This document shows positions 1-12,342 of a DNA stretch of 21,522 nt, in pieces. This DNA comes from Azolla caroliniana (lineage: Eukaryota; Plantae; Polypodiophyta): positions 1 through 21,522 of the forward strand of contig JBHGNT010000528.1 of NCBI GenBank assembly GCA_043228905.1, in the 5' to 3' direction. A program made the translations under genes and the position numbers. Under the pieces are notes generated by a model that worked only from the letters and a program-made list of their open reading frames with translations, had not been told where the DNA came from and did not search any database. The stretch's first letter is position 1. Each line of letters starts with the position of its first letter.

Positions 1-543
1 ATCATGCATTTTTAGAGTGCGTGAATATTTTATAGAAAAACGCAAGCAACTAAAAAGTGACTCATGCACATCTAGCGTGCATGAGCACTATATTTAGCAA
101 ATAAAAGCAAGGATTAGAAAAGCATCACATGCACATTTAGTGTGCATGAACATATTAGAAAAAAAAGCATGTAGTTATGCTTAGTCTCTCCCATCACTAC
201 ATAAGGATGGGGAGCACAATGTAATAGTGTGAAAAATATTTGGGAAATTGGATATATTTCCTAAAACACCAATTAATATAATCGTGGGATTCACGAAAAT
301 AATATAATCTATACTTGTGGGATTCACAAGTTTCTTATATCTTTCTTTCAATCTAAGTACATATTCTTATCTAAATATTGATTAATCGAATACAATACAC
401 TTGTGGGATTCACGAAATTTCTATCTCTCTTTCTAATAATCTATTCATTACTAGCCTCATCTCATATTCTTCTTTCTCCTAGTCCAAAACCTCAGTGGTT
501 CCCACCCGACTCACGCAACGATCCGGCGCCGAAAGGCACGACA
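1..543 (+). mobile_element. 3' part of a Ty3/Gypsy-type LTR inserted into the minus-strand Copia
   Basis: Ends in CACGACA (537-543), the same terminus as the solo LTR ending at 14006. Its last ~65 nt (ctagtccaaaacctcagtggttcc...gatccg...cacgaca) resemble 13945-14006 and 10345-10400. Copia coding sequence resumes at 544. Confidence 0.7.
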
Positions 544-562
544 ACGTTCTTTACCTCCGGAT

Positions 563-1404
563 CATGGTTGTTTACGTACCCGTATTTAACGTTTAAATAC
601 GTATAGTACCTCATCATTTGTATAGTACGTACTATACCTCAATGTTGTTCAGTCAAATATCCTGTACATTTGTCCAATGCGGTATTTAATGTATTTATAA
701 AAAAACAGGTATAATACGTATTTATAAAGAAAATGTAAGTAAAACCCTAACAAAAAGCAAAAGAAAAAAAAGATTTTAGTGAAAAAGAAGCCAAAGGAAG
801 GAAGAAAGAAGAATAGAAGAGACGATGATGATGATGATGATGAAGAAGAAGAAGAAGAAGAGAGAAAAGAAGACATAAACTTGTCCTGAGTGTGATAATC
901 GCAGAAGATAGAAGAAGAAGAAGAAGAAAACGAAGAAAAGAGAAACCTATCATGAGTGTGATAATCGTAGACAATTCCTCAATCTATGAAGGCATAATTG
1001 TAAATAATTACAATTTGAAGTAGAACATCGTGATATACACTTACACTAATTTATAGAATAAGGGAATCTCGACATCCATATTACTACAAGTATTTTAGGA
1101 TGTGAAATGTTCAACTGTCTTATATGCATTTTAGGATGTATAACTATATTCTACATCACAAAATTGTGTAAACATAGATGTTTTTTACAATATTATAGAT
1201 ATTTTTTAGAAAGGTAAATAATTTTCAAATTCTAGAAGTATTTAACGTACTATACGTATTTTACGTACTTTATGTATTTTATAAGTATTTAACATATTAA
1301 GAAAACGTATTTAACGTATTTTTAAATTGGGAGGTACTATACGGGTATTAATACGTTAAATACGTATGGTATCCATACCGTACCTAACGTACCTAACAAC
1401 CTTG
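563..1404. mobile_element. Non-autonomous hAT-type DNA transposon (MITE), 842 bp
   Basis: Perfect 8-bp TSD CTCCGGAT at 555-562 and 1405-1412. Imperfect TIR CATGGTTGTT / AACAACCTTG. Many subterminal TACGT/AACGTA motifs. Removing it restores the Copia frame ...DDLNPEVKNV. Confidence 0.88.
785..940 (+). repeat. (GAT)n/(GAA)n microsatellite-rich tract inside the MITE
   Basis: gatgatgatgatgatgatgaagaagaagaagaagaa and further GAA runs are visible directly. Confidence 0.9.
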
Positions 1405-2791
1405 CTCCGGATTGAGGTCATCTTCGGCAAGTCTTCGCATCCCCTTCTCACTCATGTGACACAATCGCTTGTGCCACAAATCACGAACAGTATCGAATGC
1501 CACATTTACTTCCAACCGACATATCAAAGCGTGCATCAGATATAGAATGTTGGTCTTCTTAGCTCAGGCCACAATCAGGCTCCCTTTGCTTAACTTCATG
1601 ACTCCGTTGCAGATGTTACCCGTGTAGCCTTCGTCATCCAGTCGACCAACTAATATCAGGTTCAGTCGAGCCTCCGGAATGTCTCGAACATCTTTTAGTA
1701 CCAATCAACACCCATTCAACGTTACCAAGCACACATCTCCGATGCCGACAATTTGGCATTCACCTTCATTTCACATCCTTACAAGACCGTCGTAGTCTCC
1801 CGCCTTGTAGGATGAGAAGCACTTTCTGTCGGGGGTTAGGTGGAACGACACACCCGAATCGACTACCCATGTCGATTCATCATCGACAAAATTATGTTCG
1901 TTCTGCTCACTTATGAGCAGCAATTCCTCCTCACTTGTCACGATAGCCGACGTTCTTTTCCGATCCGAATTTTTCTTCGAGTCGGCATTGCCGGATCCCC
2001 CTTTCTCCTTTCGGAAGTGTTGGAAATTCTTCTTGAAGTGCTCCGGCTTCCCACAATAGAAGCACATGAGTCTCCCCCTCAACTTCGACCTTGTCCCCAA
2101 CTTTTCTCAGTTCTAGGGACTCCGATTACGGCCTGTACCTCTATGTGTATCACTTTTCGTGACTAGGGCCTTCAGGTCATACATTGCCTCCTTGTCCTTT
2201 TGACGAGCTTCCTCATCCAACAAGCTCAATTTTAGTTTTGCCAAGGATAATTGCTTCCCTTCCGATTCAGCATTGCCCAGTGTGACGACTCGCGTCTCCG
2301 AACTATCCGGAAGGGATCCGAGCAACAACAATGTCTGTACCGCGTCGTTTAGAGGTACTTTGAGAGAGGTAGTCTGGTTTATTAGCCCCTAGAAGGCGTT
2401 CATGTGCTCTATGATACTGGCACCATCTTGATACCTGAGTCTCACTATTTTCTAGAATACTAAGACTCGATTCATTGCATTGTTGTTTTCTAACATGATG
2501 TCAATCTTTTCCCAAAGGACATAAGCCTTGTCCTCCTCATTGAAATTGTTGTATAGGCTCAGGTCAATAAAGTATCTTATGTATACAGTTTTCTTCATGT
2601 GCATTACCTCCTATGTTGATGCATCAATCTTATTTGGTCTTTTGTCTCCAAATTGTACCGATAGCTAGAGATCTTTGACCACCAACATGTACCTCATCTT
2701 CGACTTCCACACTAAATAGTTGGAGCCAGTTAGCTTGAACATACCCCCAAATGAATCTTCCAGTTTTCTGAGTTATGCTTTGATACTAGTT

Positions 2792-3273
2792 TAATACGAA
2801 AAACAGGAACTCAACCACAACCGAGTTGAATGCAGAATAGGGAATCAAGTAGAATCAAGATAAATCAAATGAAATAGAGGTGCATAAGATATATCTTGGA
2901 AAATCCCAAATAGGGTAAAAACCACGGGTACCCACAAACACCAAACAAATCATAACGACACATACACATAGGCACTCACCTGAGTTCGTTCACTTCACTG
3001 ACTGGTGATTACAACACAGCCACTCACGCTTCGTCTGTTCTGGCTATGGTGGCAACGACCACGCACACACGTATTCACTAACACTCTCTACTGCATGATA
3101 AACACAAGACAACCCAACTAACTTCTTCACACTTCCTAAAGTTTGCCCTAGTTATCTTTATACTTAGATAACTTTCAAGCAATTTACATAACTGAACTAA
3201 GCTTGACTCAAAACCTATTTACATTTTCCAGATACTCATCCGAACCTCATCCAATTTCTGACCGGGTGTAACA
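2792..3273 (-). repeat. 5' LTR of Copia #1
   Basis: Starts TGTTACA on the minus strand at 3273 and ends next to the PBS. Shares blocks (cccaaa-tagggxaaaaaccacgg; aaagtttgcccta..tttatact) with 4172-4855. Confidence 0.7.
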
Positions 3274-3355
3274 TTTTCCTTTATCATTAGTTCAGGTCAT
3301 CTGAAAGGGACCTAAATCTCAACCGAACTGACCGCAAGTTGAGCTTGAGGGGGAG

Positions 3356-3991
3356 TGTTGAGGGCGCAAGCTCAACATGGGCCAAATCGGTTGAACAAGC
3401 CAAGAGCCAGATCGGATGAAGATTGATCCGCTAGGCCTGGATTTGATCGGCGAGCTAGATCGGTGGAGAGCCATATTGGAGAACCGGATCGGCGGGGAGC
3501 CAGTAGGCTGTTAGAAGCTTACGATGTTAGTGTTGATCGGACAAGCTCAACCGGATCCGAATCGGTTGAATAAACCAGAGCCGGATTGGTATCCAGAACG
3601 GAGAACCGGACAAGTATCCGGATCGGTATCCGGAACCAAGAGCCAGATCGGAGAACCGGATCGGATTGTAACCAGTAGGCCGTTAGAGGCCTATGGTCCT
3701 AGCCTAGTACGTAGGCCTATTTCTTGGAGTTAATGCCAGTCGCTCGTATGAGCATTGACGTACATGTCCGTACTTTTGTCAGTCCTTTTAAGAAGTTGTA
3801 TAAAAGTGCGGACTGAGCACATTGAATGTACACAGAGAGTATTATTATTGAAATTGAGTTTTATGCTATTCTACTCTCTCTGCCTCGTGTACACTATATG
3901 TTCCAAGCTCTCCATTAAACCTGTGTTTGTTTTATGTTGCTATCCAGTGCATCCAGATATGTCTACAAGCTTCCGCACTTTCACATTCACA
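3356..3991 (+). repeat. LTR of Copia #2, preceded by a PPT and followed by a PBS
   Basis: PPT gagggggag (3347-3355) followed by TGTTGAG. Ends ...ttcaca, then PBS TGGTATCAAAGC (3992-4003). Contains internal ccggatcgg-type repeats. Confidence 0.85.
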
Positions 3992-4003
3992 TGGTATCAA
4001 AGC
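3992..4003 (+). promoter_or_regulatory. Primer binding site (initiator tRNA-Met type)
   Basis: TGGTATCAAAGC, one mismatch from the canonical TGGTATCAGAGC, directly after the LTR-terminal CA. Confidence 0.85.
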
Positions 4004-4171
4004 GTGAGGGTTGAAAATCCTCTGTTGCAAACAAAAAGCGCTAAGTAGACAAGAAAACCTAACTTTTAGAAAAGAACAAGCTGAAGAAAGATGGACAGAG
4101 GAATGACTAGCTCACTGACGGGAACTACAACGCTCTTTATGCGCAACGCTTGGCCACAACCGAGCTTAGAA

Positions 4172-4855
4172 TCATACACAAAAAATAGGAATGAATGCAT
4201 GACACAGTGAAGAGAAGAGTACACAGAATGTTTACGTGGAAAACCCAAACTAGGGAAAAAAACCACGGCAGCCCACAGGCTGCAAACTATCACTATGTTA
4301 CAGTATACAACAATAAAGCATCGAGGCAACAACCTCGAGCTCTCTATCTTCGCCACAAGCGGCAGTTACGCACTCTGATCTCGCGCAGACAAGAATAACA
4401 ACAACACACTCAAAAGTTTGCCCTAAGTCATATTTATACTAATATGAATTTTCGGCTATTTACAAATATAGCCACGATGGACTCTCAGAAACATATTTAC
4501 GAATATGTCTCTTCATCCGGAGAGCGCTCCTCACCGGGCCTGCATCATCCGGATCTTGCCGGGCACTCGTCATCCGGTTCTCACCGGGTCTGCACCATCC
4601 AGCTCTTCGTAGCCGGGTACTCCTCATCCAGTTGTCACCGGGTATGCACCATCCGGCTCTCCGTAGCCGGGTACTCCTCATCCAGTTCTCACCGGGTATG
4701 CACCATCCGGCTCTCCGTAGCCGGGTACTCCTTATCCGGTTCTCACCGGGTCTGCACCATCCGGCTCTCCGAAGCCGGGTACTCCTTATCCGGTTCTCAC
4801 CGGGTCTGCACTATCCGACTCTCCGAAGCCGGGTAGTCCTCATCCCTTCCCATCT
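4172..4855 (-). mobile_element. LTR-like insertion related to the Copia #1 LTR, interrupting Copia #2 gag
   Basis: Shares sequence blocks and orientation with 2792-3273. Splits gag between ...PQPSLE and GPVSQHSLPMEKLDR. Boundaries are approximate and there is no clean TSD. Confidence 0.6.
4530..4845. repeat. 54-bp GC-rich tandem repeat, about 5-6 copies
   Basis: Unit approximately caccgggtatgcaccatccggctctccgtagccgggtactcctcatccagttct. It produces the 18-aa periodicity in ORF 4444..4836. Confidence 0.9.
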
Positions 4856-7800
4856 GGAGGGACCTGTCTCCCAACACTCACTACCAATGGAGAAGCTTGA
4901 CAGAAGCAACTATGCATCTTGTTCTTACAATATGCACCAATATCTGTAGGGACACGGGTACTATAGTTATGTCGATGGAGAAAATGAGGTAGCATCGGAG
5001 ACAGCACACAAGGACTTGCCAGCATGGGAGCAAGTAGCGAGCAGAGTGCTATATTGCCATGCGTCTTGTGTGCAAGATCAGATGCTCGGCTACATCAGAG
5101 ATGCAAAGTCGTCGAATGAGGCCTATGAAAATCTCCGAAAGCTTTTCGCCGCCAGTACCCCAGCCCGTAAGTTGCAGTTCTGGCAAGAGCTCAACAACAC
5201 CCGATAGAGAGACATGTTGGTTACAGACTATACCACCAAGGTAAACGAGATCTGCGACGCGCTCGGCTCCATCAACATGACGGTGGACGAAGACGAGATG
5301 GTGCAGATTTGCCTCGGTGCTCTAGCGTAGAGGTGTGCCGATACCGGAATGACCAGAAAAGGATCTGAAACCGGAAAACCGGAAAAGGGCCAGCCTTTGT
5401 GATGAAACACAAGGCGAACTCAATGAAGAAGAGCACTCCCGAATCGGAGGAAGTGTGGTAAGTTGACTCCGGAGCATCAAACCACATGACGAGCCACAAA
5501 GAGTGGTTCTCATGTTTGGAAAAACTAGAGCAATCGGGAGTTGTGAAAATCAGAGATGACACTCCTCATCCGATCGATCATGTCAGAGAAGTCCCTTTGA
5601 GTCATTTCGGACAAAAGGGAAAGTTGATGAATGTACTACATTTTCCGATTGATCATGTCAAAACCTCGTGTCGGTTGAACAGATCACCGACCTAGGGATG
5701 GAAGTGCGGTTTACGCGCCTCGGGTGCTTCATCAAAGAAGAGGTCCAGATCATCATGCAAGGGCACTAGGACGGGAGGATGTTTATCCTCGACACCAATG
5801 ACGTAGGCACTACTTTATTCTCAAAAGGACTGAAGGCCATGTCAATTATCAAAGGTTTTAGGACTTGTAGTCGAAACAGGTTGTATTCGGATTGCCAGCA
5901 TTTGGTGGTTGGGAGGCCCAAATCTGTGAAGCCTACCAGCTTAGGAAGCAACAACGGTTTCTGTTCCCCACTGAAAGAAACGAGAGTCATAACAAGCTCG
6001 ACTTCATTGATGAAGTGTATGGAGACTGGGACAAAATGTTAGTCTTGGTGGGAGTCGATATTTTGTCTCCTTCATCGACGACAACAGCCGACACACATGG
6101 ATCTATCTCATTGAGAAGAAAAGTGAGGTCTTTGAAAGTTTACGAAGCCTGCAAAGTCTTGTTGAACAGGAAACAGAGAGGAAGATCAAGTGCTTGCGGT
6201 CAAATAGCGGAAAATAATACTTTTCTGTCCAATTCAACAATTATTTGCAACAAAAAAGAATTTGGCGGGAATGCAGTTGTCGATACACACCGGAACAAAA
6301 CGACATAGCCGAGAGGAAGAACCGGTCGATTGTTGAGGCGGCACGGGCAATGCTGGAAGAGAAGAGCATGCCCAAGTGTGTCATCATACGAGCTGTATTT
6401 CGGGAGGAAGCCAAATTTACGACACCTGCGGATATTCAGTAGCATAGCTTATGTGCATGTATCGGATGAGAGGCAGAGACTGCTAGAACCGAAGTCGGAG
6501 AAGTGCATATTGGTTGGTTACTCACATGAATAAAAGGGGTATAAGTGCTATAACCCCCAGGCCAAACAAAGTTCGAGTGAGTCGAGATGTCAAATTCGAC
6601 AAGTCGGCATCATGTTACTCTCTACCGACTTCGACCCCCCAACTCCGACCCAATTCCAGAGAATGAGTCCAGTGAGCCCGAAACGACCCGAGCAGAAGAC
6701 GAAGAAGGATTTGGTACTCTAGACGAGAGTCCGATCTCATTCTGACTGAGTGGGCCGAATGAAGAGCTGAGTCAAAAAGACTAGCAAGATGAAGAGCCAA
6801 CGAGTAGTGGAGACTCTGACATGCTCTCCCCATGCAAGGAACGAAGGAGACGATGGTTCACACGAAAGGAGAAGGAGAAGAAGAAGATGTCGGAGTACGA
6901 CAATGGCATAGATGAGTCAAATCAAAGAGAATCCGATTCTGGAATGAATGAAGACGGACCTTCGGGAACGAATGTCGAGTCGGCCAAGAAGGCCTTGAAA
7001 TCAGCTAATGAGAAATTACGTTGATCGACCCACCAGAAGAACCCTGTAAAATGGTACGGTTATAAAGTATACAAGGCGCACCACATTGTGTACATGAAGA
7101 AAGTGGTAGGAGTGCGTGAACCAGAGAGCTACGCAGAAGCGACAAAAGACGCAAACTGACATGCCGCGATGGAGGAAGAAATGCGGGCACTCGATGCCAA
7201 CAACACCTGGGACCTGGTTGACCCTCCCTGACATTACAAACCAATCGGTTGCATGTGGGTGTACAAGGTAAAGCACAATGTTGACGGTTTGGTCAACCGG
7301 TACAAGGCCTAGTTAGTTGCCAAAGGATATGCGTAGACCCATAGAATCGACTATAATGAGACCTTCACTCTGGTAGCAAAGATGACGACAATTCGTGTGG
7401 TGTTGGCGGTTGCTGAGGAAAGGGGATGGCATCTTCATCAAATGGATGTGAAGAATACGTTTGTTCAAAGGCAATCTTGATGAACAGGTCTACATGATCC
7501 AGCACCCCGATTTTCAGTCGAAGATGAACAAGTCGGTAGTTTGCCGAATCAAGAAGTCACGTTTTGGACTAAAGCAAGCCCCCCATGCCTGGAATTAAAA
7601 AATAACTCATCGGTTGCGTAAGATGGGGTTTGCGGCTCTAAGTCTGATTCGTCGCTATTCATCTAGAAAGTTCTGGGAGGTTCGGTATGTGTATCTTGTT
7701 GTATGTGGATAATCTAGTCATCACCGGACACGAACTCACTGAAATCGACAAAGTAAAGTCCCAACTGTTGGACTCATTCGAAATGAAGGACCTGGGGAAA

Positions 7801-9204
7801 CTTCATTATTTCCTCGGGATCGAAGTGATCCATACCCATGTTGACATATTGCTCTCACAACGACACTATGTGTTGAATATGTTGTACAAGTTCAGCATGA
7901 CTAACTGCCGACCAATGTCCACACCCCTGGACTGGAACCTGAAGCTTCGTCTCGACTTTGGACCTACCTACAATGAGAAAGGGTTTCGACAAATTGTCGG
8001 AAGCCTCATCTATCTTACAATCACTTGACTTGACATAAGCTATTCCGTTGGGATGATAAGTCAATTTATGCAGAAGCAGACCGTGGAGCACCTCTAGTGC
8101 GTGCACCGAATACTCAAGTATGTTCGCGGCACTAAGGACCGGGGAGTGTTATACCGACATGGTATAACCGAAAAGGTAGTCGATTATACAGATGTTGACT
8201 GGGTCAGTGACACGTCGGATCGTCGGTCCACATCTGGTTATACGTTTTCTCTGGGTAGTGCGGTTGTTGCACGGAGTAGTAAAAAGCAACCAACAGTGGC
8301 TCTGTCGAGCATTGGGGTTGAGTATCAAGGCACTACCATAGTCACATATGAAGCCATATCGCTTCGGAGGCTGCTGTAACAAGACCTTCGGATCAAAGTA
8401 TCGATTCCGATCCCGATCTACTATGACAACATGAGTAGCATGCAGCTGGCCAAGAATCTCGTGTTTCATGCTCACACTAAGGACATTGAGGTGCATTATC
8501 ACTTCGTGCGCGAGCGGGTCCCCAGCGGGGAAGTCTAACTTCGGTATTGTCAGGCGGATCAGCAAGTTGCCGACATTTTCACCAAGGCACTCGGAACTAA
8601 CAAGTTGTAGCACTTTTCGGAGATGCTTGTTCTTCAGCATCTCAACGTGCCACACTTGAGAGGGTGAAAGGAAAAAGAGGAAACCAAAATGGAAGTCGAG
8701 AAAACCGGCAAAGGCACCGAACAATTAGTCGGAGAGAAGGAAACAACCAAAACAGGGGGAGACAAGAGGGAAAAGGGAATGGAGCCAACTGAAGAAGTTG
8801 GCAGATCCGAAACAGTCGAAACTAGCGATAACAACGTCAGAGTCAAGAAGGACAAAGCCAACCGGAAGAAGAAGGCCAAGACCTGAACATGGTCTGATGT
8901 GGTAAAGGACCTAAAGATCAAGAGTGAGTTGGAGACAACCAACTTAGACAAGAGGGAAAACAAATCGGAGGCAACCGATTCGGTTCAACAGTTTGATTCG
9001 AAGGAGCTGGATCATTTGAAGGCCAAACAGACTAGAAGGCAACGGAAATCAACACCGACACGGAGGAAGCTGCATGTTGACCAAAGTCACAGTAGCGAAG
9101 GAGCTCAGATGGGCCTTATGAGCAAACAAGCCGACCGAGAAGGTCGAGGTGGGTGGAACCGGATGGCTACCGGAAAGCGAGACCGGACGGGTCGGGGAGC
9201 ACGA

Positions 9205-10400
9205 TGTCGTGTAGATTTTCGGCGATAGTGTGAAACTTGTGAGGAACATACGAAATCGAGTGTGGTTCTTCTCACGAAATATAAAACAATAATAGTGAAG
9301 ATACTATTTTAAATAAGTTTAATATCTTGGTACAAAAACATGGAGGTCTTGAATAGCTTTTGAATACACTTTGCTACATAACAAATGAACATCTAAGTGT
9401 CAAGTTATGTGGGTATGAAGTTTGCAAAGAAAAAGAGAAAAATAAAAAATTGTGAGATATCCCACATAGACAAGACAAACAAGGATCTCACCATATATAA
9501 GGCAAAGCAAAAGCTATTATCTCTGTGTTTATGTGTGAAGAATAGAAAGGATGAATGGAATGACTTAATGAATGGATGTACTCAAGTTCATTGCTTTTGG
9601 ATGGCCACAGAACCGACCGGCTGGTGACCGGCATTCAACAGATCCGGCAACCGGTAACCGACCACCGACCGGTGTCGGCATACCCGGTTACTGGCATCCA
9701 GCGACCTCAGGATGCGGACCGAACCGGTAACCGGAGACCGACCGGTGTCGGCAAACCCGGTTACTAGCATATGACAACCTCGGGATGCGGACCAAACCGG
9801 GCCATACCGAATGGATGTAAATCGGATGGATCGGTCGGGTCGATTGATCGTGGTGCTGGTGTTTTAAAGATATTTGGTCCAAAAGCCTAATAGTATTTTG
9901 TGCTTTAAAAGGTATGTAAGCAAGACTTGAACCTTACACCTCCAAGGTAGAAAGCAATATACTTACCACTAAGCCAAGTCATTTCCTTCAAGTTATATTT
10001 TTATCATTATAGTTTTACTTGAAAAATTCCCATATGAGAGCTTAAATGAGTGACATGGTTATCATGCATCATGCATTTTATGCATGTCTTGTACCCCACA
10101 TGCATCATATGCATGGGGGCATCTATAAAAGAGTGGATGAAAAAGAAAAACAAGCTATGTATGATTCAAGAATTTAAGGAGAAGAAAATTTGTTATCCAA
10201 TTGATGGTGTATCTTGTTTCTTAAGTCTAAAGTCAAGGGTTCAATTTTAATCTTTCTCTCTATCTCTCGCTCGCCATATAAATCTCTCTCTTTCAATCTA
10301 TCTTAAATACTTTCTTGCTAAACTAGTGCAAACTTTGAATCCTTCCAGTCCAGGACCCCGGTGGTTCCGCCTCACGATCCGCACATAGTGACGGATCTTC
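9205..10400 (+). repeat. 5' LTR of the Gypsy element (3' terminus and PBS apparently deleted)
   Basis: Starts TGTCGTG, the reverse complement of CACGACA. Shares tgtgagatatcccacataga (9452) with 12529, and ccgc-tcacgatccgcacatagtgacggat with ~13965-13996. The expected terminal cacgaca is missing. Two 73-bp tandem units start at 9650 and 9723. Confidence 0.75.
9924..9976 (-). promoter_or_regulatory. tRNA-like Pol III internal promoter (A box + B box) within the LTR
   Basis: Minus strand TGGCTTAGTGG (9976-9966) matches the A box and GGTTCAAGTC (9933-9924) matches the B box, with tRNA-like spacing. No convincing cloverleaf. Confidence 0.5.
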
Positions 10401-10622
10401 GGTTTAAGGCCCACACGGTCCTGCCTAAGTCTCTCCTGCACAAGCGGAACAATGCGACACCGTGCCGTAGAGCTCGAGGGTCAATTTGATGGGAGGAACG
10501 TTACGAAGTTCCTTGACGCATACAAAAGGGAGATGAATCAAAGGGATGTGTCTGAAGCACGGCAAATCACAAGTTTCAAGAGAGTGGTTGCCAACAACAT
10601 CCAAAGACGTGTCATCGAGCTT

Positions 10623-11501
10623 CAGGAAGGTAAGACAATATGGTCCGAGTTCGAGAAAGCGATATTAACGGAGTTCGCGACAGAAGACTCGACGAGGATG
10701 ACTCAACATGCCCTAGTGAAGTGGATAGAAAAGAAAAATAAGAAGATGAGCACCTCGAGGGTGTACGACGAGTTCGACCAAATGTTTAATCGTCTCCCTA
10801 ATACGGACCAACTGCTGCTTGAGGAGGACAAGACTTTATACTTCTTGAAAGTCATGGACATGAAGGATAGACGAGAATTGGGGACTCTTCTCGAAGACAA
10901 TACCCAAGCAAATGGCAGGAAGGTAAGACAATATGGTCCGAGTTCGAGAAAGCGATATTAACGGAGTTCGCGACAGAAGACTCGACGAGGATGACTCAAC
11001 ATGCCCTAGTGAAGTGGATAGAAAAGAAAAATAAGAAGATGAGCACCTCGAGGGTGTACGACAAGTTCGACCAAATGTTTAATCGTCTCCCTAATACGGA
11101 CCAACTGCTGCTTGAGGAGGACAAGACTTTATACTTCTTGAAAGTCATGGACATGAAGGATAGACGAGAATTGGGGACTCTTCTCGAAGACAATACCCAA
11201 GCAAATGGCAGGAAGGTAAGACAATATGGTCCGAGTTCGAGAAAGCGATATTAACGGAGTTCGCGACAGAAGACTCGACGAGGATGACTCAACATGCCCT
11301 AGTGAAGTGGATAGAAAAGAAAAATAAGAAGATGAGCACCTCGAGGGTGTACGACAAGTTCGACCAAATGTTTAATCGTCTCCCTAATACGGACCAACTG
11401 CTGCTTGAGGAGGACAAGACTTTATACTTCTTGAAAGTCATGGACATGAAGGATAGACGAGAATTGGGGACTCTTCTCGAAGACAATACCCAAGCAAATG
11501 G
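10623..11501 (+). repeat. Tandem triplication, 3 x 293 bp, in Gypsy gag
   Basis: Units start caggaaggtaagacaatatgg at 10623, 10916 and 11209. They are nearly identical; copies 2 and 3 share GACAAG where copy 1 has GACGAG. Confidence 0.97.
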
Positions 11502-12342
11502 GCTTGTAGCGGACTAGATCAAGGTGAAGCGAGCATGCAATAGGCTCGACAAGCGTCGTCAATGGGTTGATGACACCGACTTGGCGGGAGACTATCACGG
11601 AGAAAACGAGACAACCGAAAATAGCTGAGCAACCCAAACAAAGTAACCCGAAAGAAAAGAAGATCAACGACGACATGATCGAAGAACTAGCAAAGAAGTT
11701 CGAGATGGTCACGCTAGCCAACATGAATCGTCGAGGGCCCAAAGGAAAATAACCCTTTAGATGTGTGTGGTGCGATAGCATGGACCACATGAGAAGAGAT
11801 TGTTCGAGACGCCATTCGACAAAATATCGTGTACATGGATGGCAACATGATCTGCTCGAGTGAGACTAGGAGACCCCTGCGAGTGAATTTCGGAAGAGGG
11901 GGAATGAAGAAAGCAATGGAGGATGCCGAGGCGACTCATGTGGATGCGATGCACTATGCTGCATTGGCCGGAATAAGAGTCGGGAAAGACAAAAATGAAG
12001 CTGCGAAAGTGGGAGCAAAGTTTTGGTCTTCCGTTCTCGAGTATGAGAATATGGGGAAGGTCACATCGAACGAGGTAGAGCTTGCGAACCGAAGCGTGCA
12101 AAGCATAACTGGGTGGTCGGATCTAGTGGATGACAACACCATACTCGCGGAAGTGATGTGCGACAACCACGAGTTGTTCGTCGAAGAAAAGAGAAAAAAA
12201 ATAGAAGAGCAAGGCCCATTAAAAAGACATGAAACAAGGAATGCAAAAAAGAAAGAAGATCCAGAAACGAGTGGAACTTTACAAATGGAGGAAGGAGACG
12301 CTAGCCAAAAAGCGGAGTCGATCAAACGAGTCAAAGAAACGG

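Larger units (their letters stand above)
544..3273 (-). mobile_element. Degenerate Ty1/Copia retrotransposon #1 (5' LTR, PBS, gag, protease, GAG-pre-integrase)
   Basis: Minus-strand motifs: gag N-terminus FKLTGSNYLVWKSKM (~2700-2740), LLLGSLPDS (~2305-2330), zinc knuckle CFYCGKPEHFKKN (~2028-2066), protease WVVDSGVSFHLT (~1835-1870), GAG-pre-integrase WHKRLCHMSEKGM (~1438-1476). Degenerate PBS (plus-strand gctttgatacta, 2777-2788). Many stops and frameshifts. Confidence 0.9.
4091..8666 (+). pseudogene. Copia #2 gag-pol polyprotein pseudogene (gag-PR-INT-RT-RNase H)
   Basis: gag EKLDRSNYAS..Y.MHQYL (~4890-4945). Protease W*VDSGASNHMT (~5456-5491). Integrase YTPEQNDIAERKNRSIVEAARAML (~6284-6355). 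RT WVYKVKH..RYKA*LVAKGY, HQMDVKN and LLYVDNLVITG. RNase H DVDW..D..DRRSTSG, HFVRE and ADIFTKALG (~8569-8595). INT lies before RT, which is the Copia order. Many stops, frameshifts and deletions. Confidence 0.95.

Noticed and set aside
649-974. Poly-Ser and poly-His ORFs
   Set aside because: They are translations of the GAT/GAA microsatellite in the MITE.
4444-4949. Repeat-protein ORFs
   Set aside because: They result from the 54-bp tandem repeat in an LTR-like insert; only the last ~30 codons of 4632..4949 are gag.
8689-9228. Extra (env-like) ORF downstream of Copia RNase H
   Set aside because: Short, low-complexity charged fragments without motifs, truncated by the Gypsy LTR at 9205; no protein call can be supported.
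9910-9985. Functional tRNA gene
   Set aside because: The A and B boxes are present, but the acceptor and anticodon stems do not pair convincingly.
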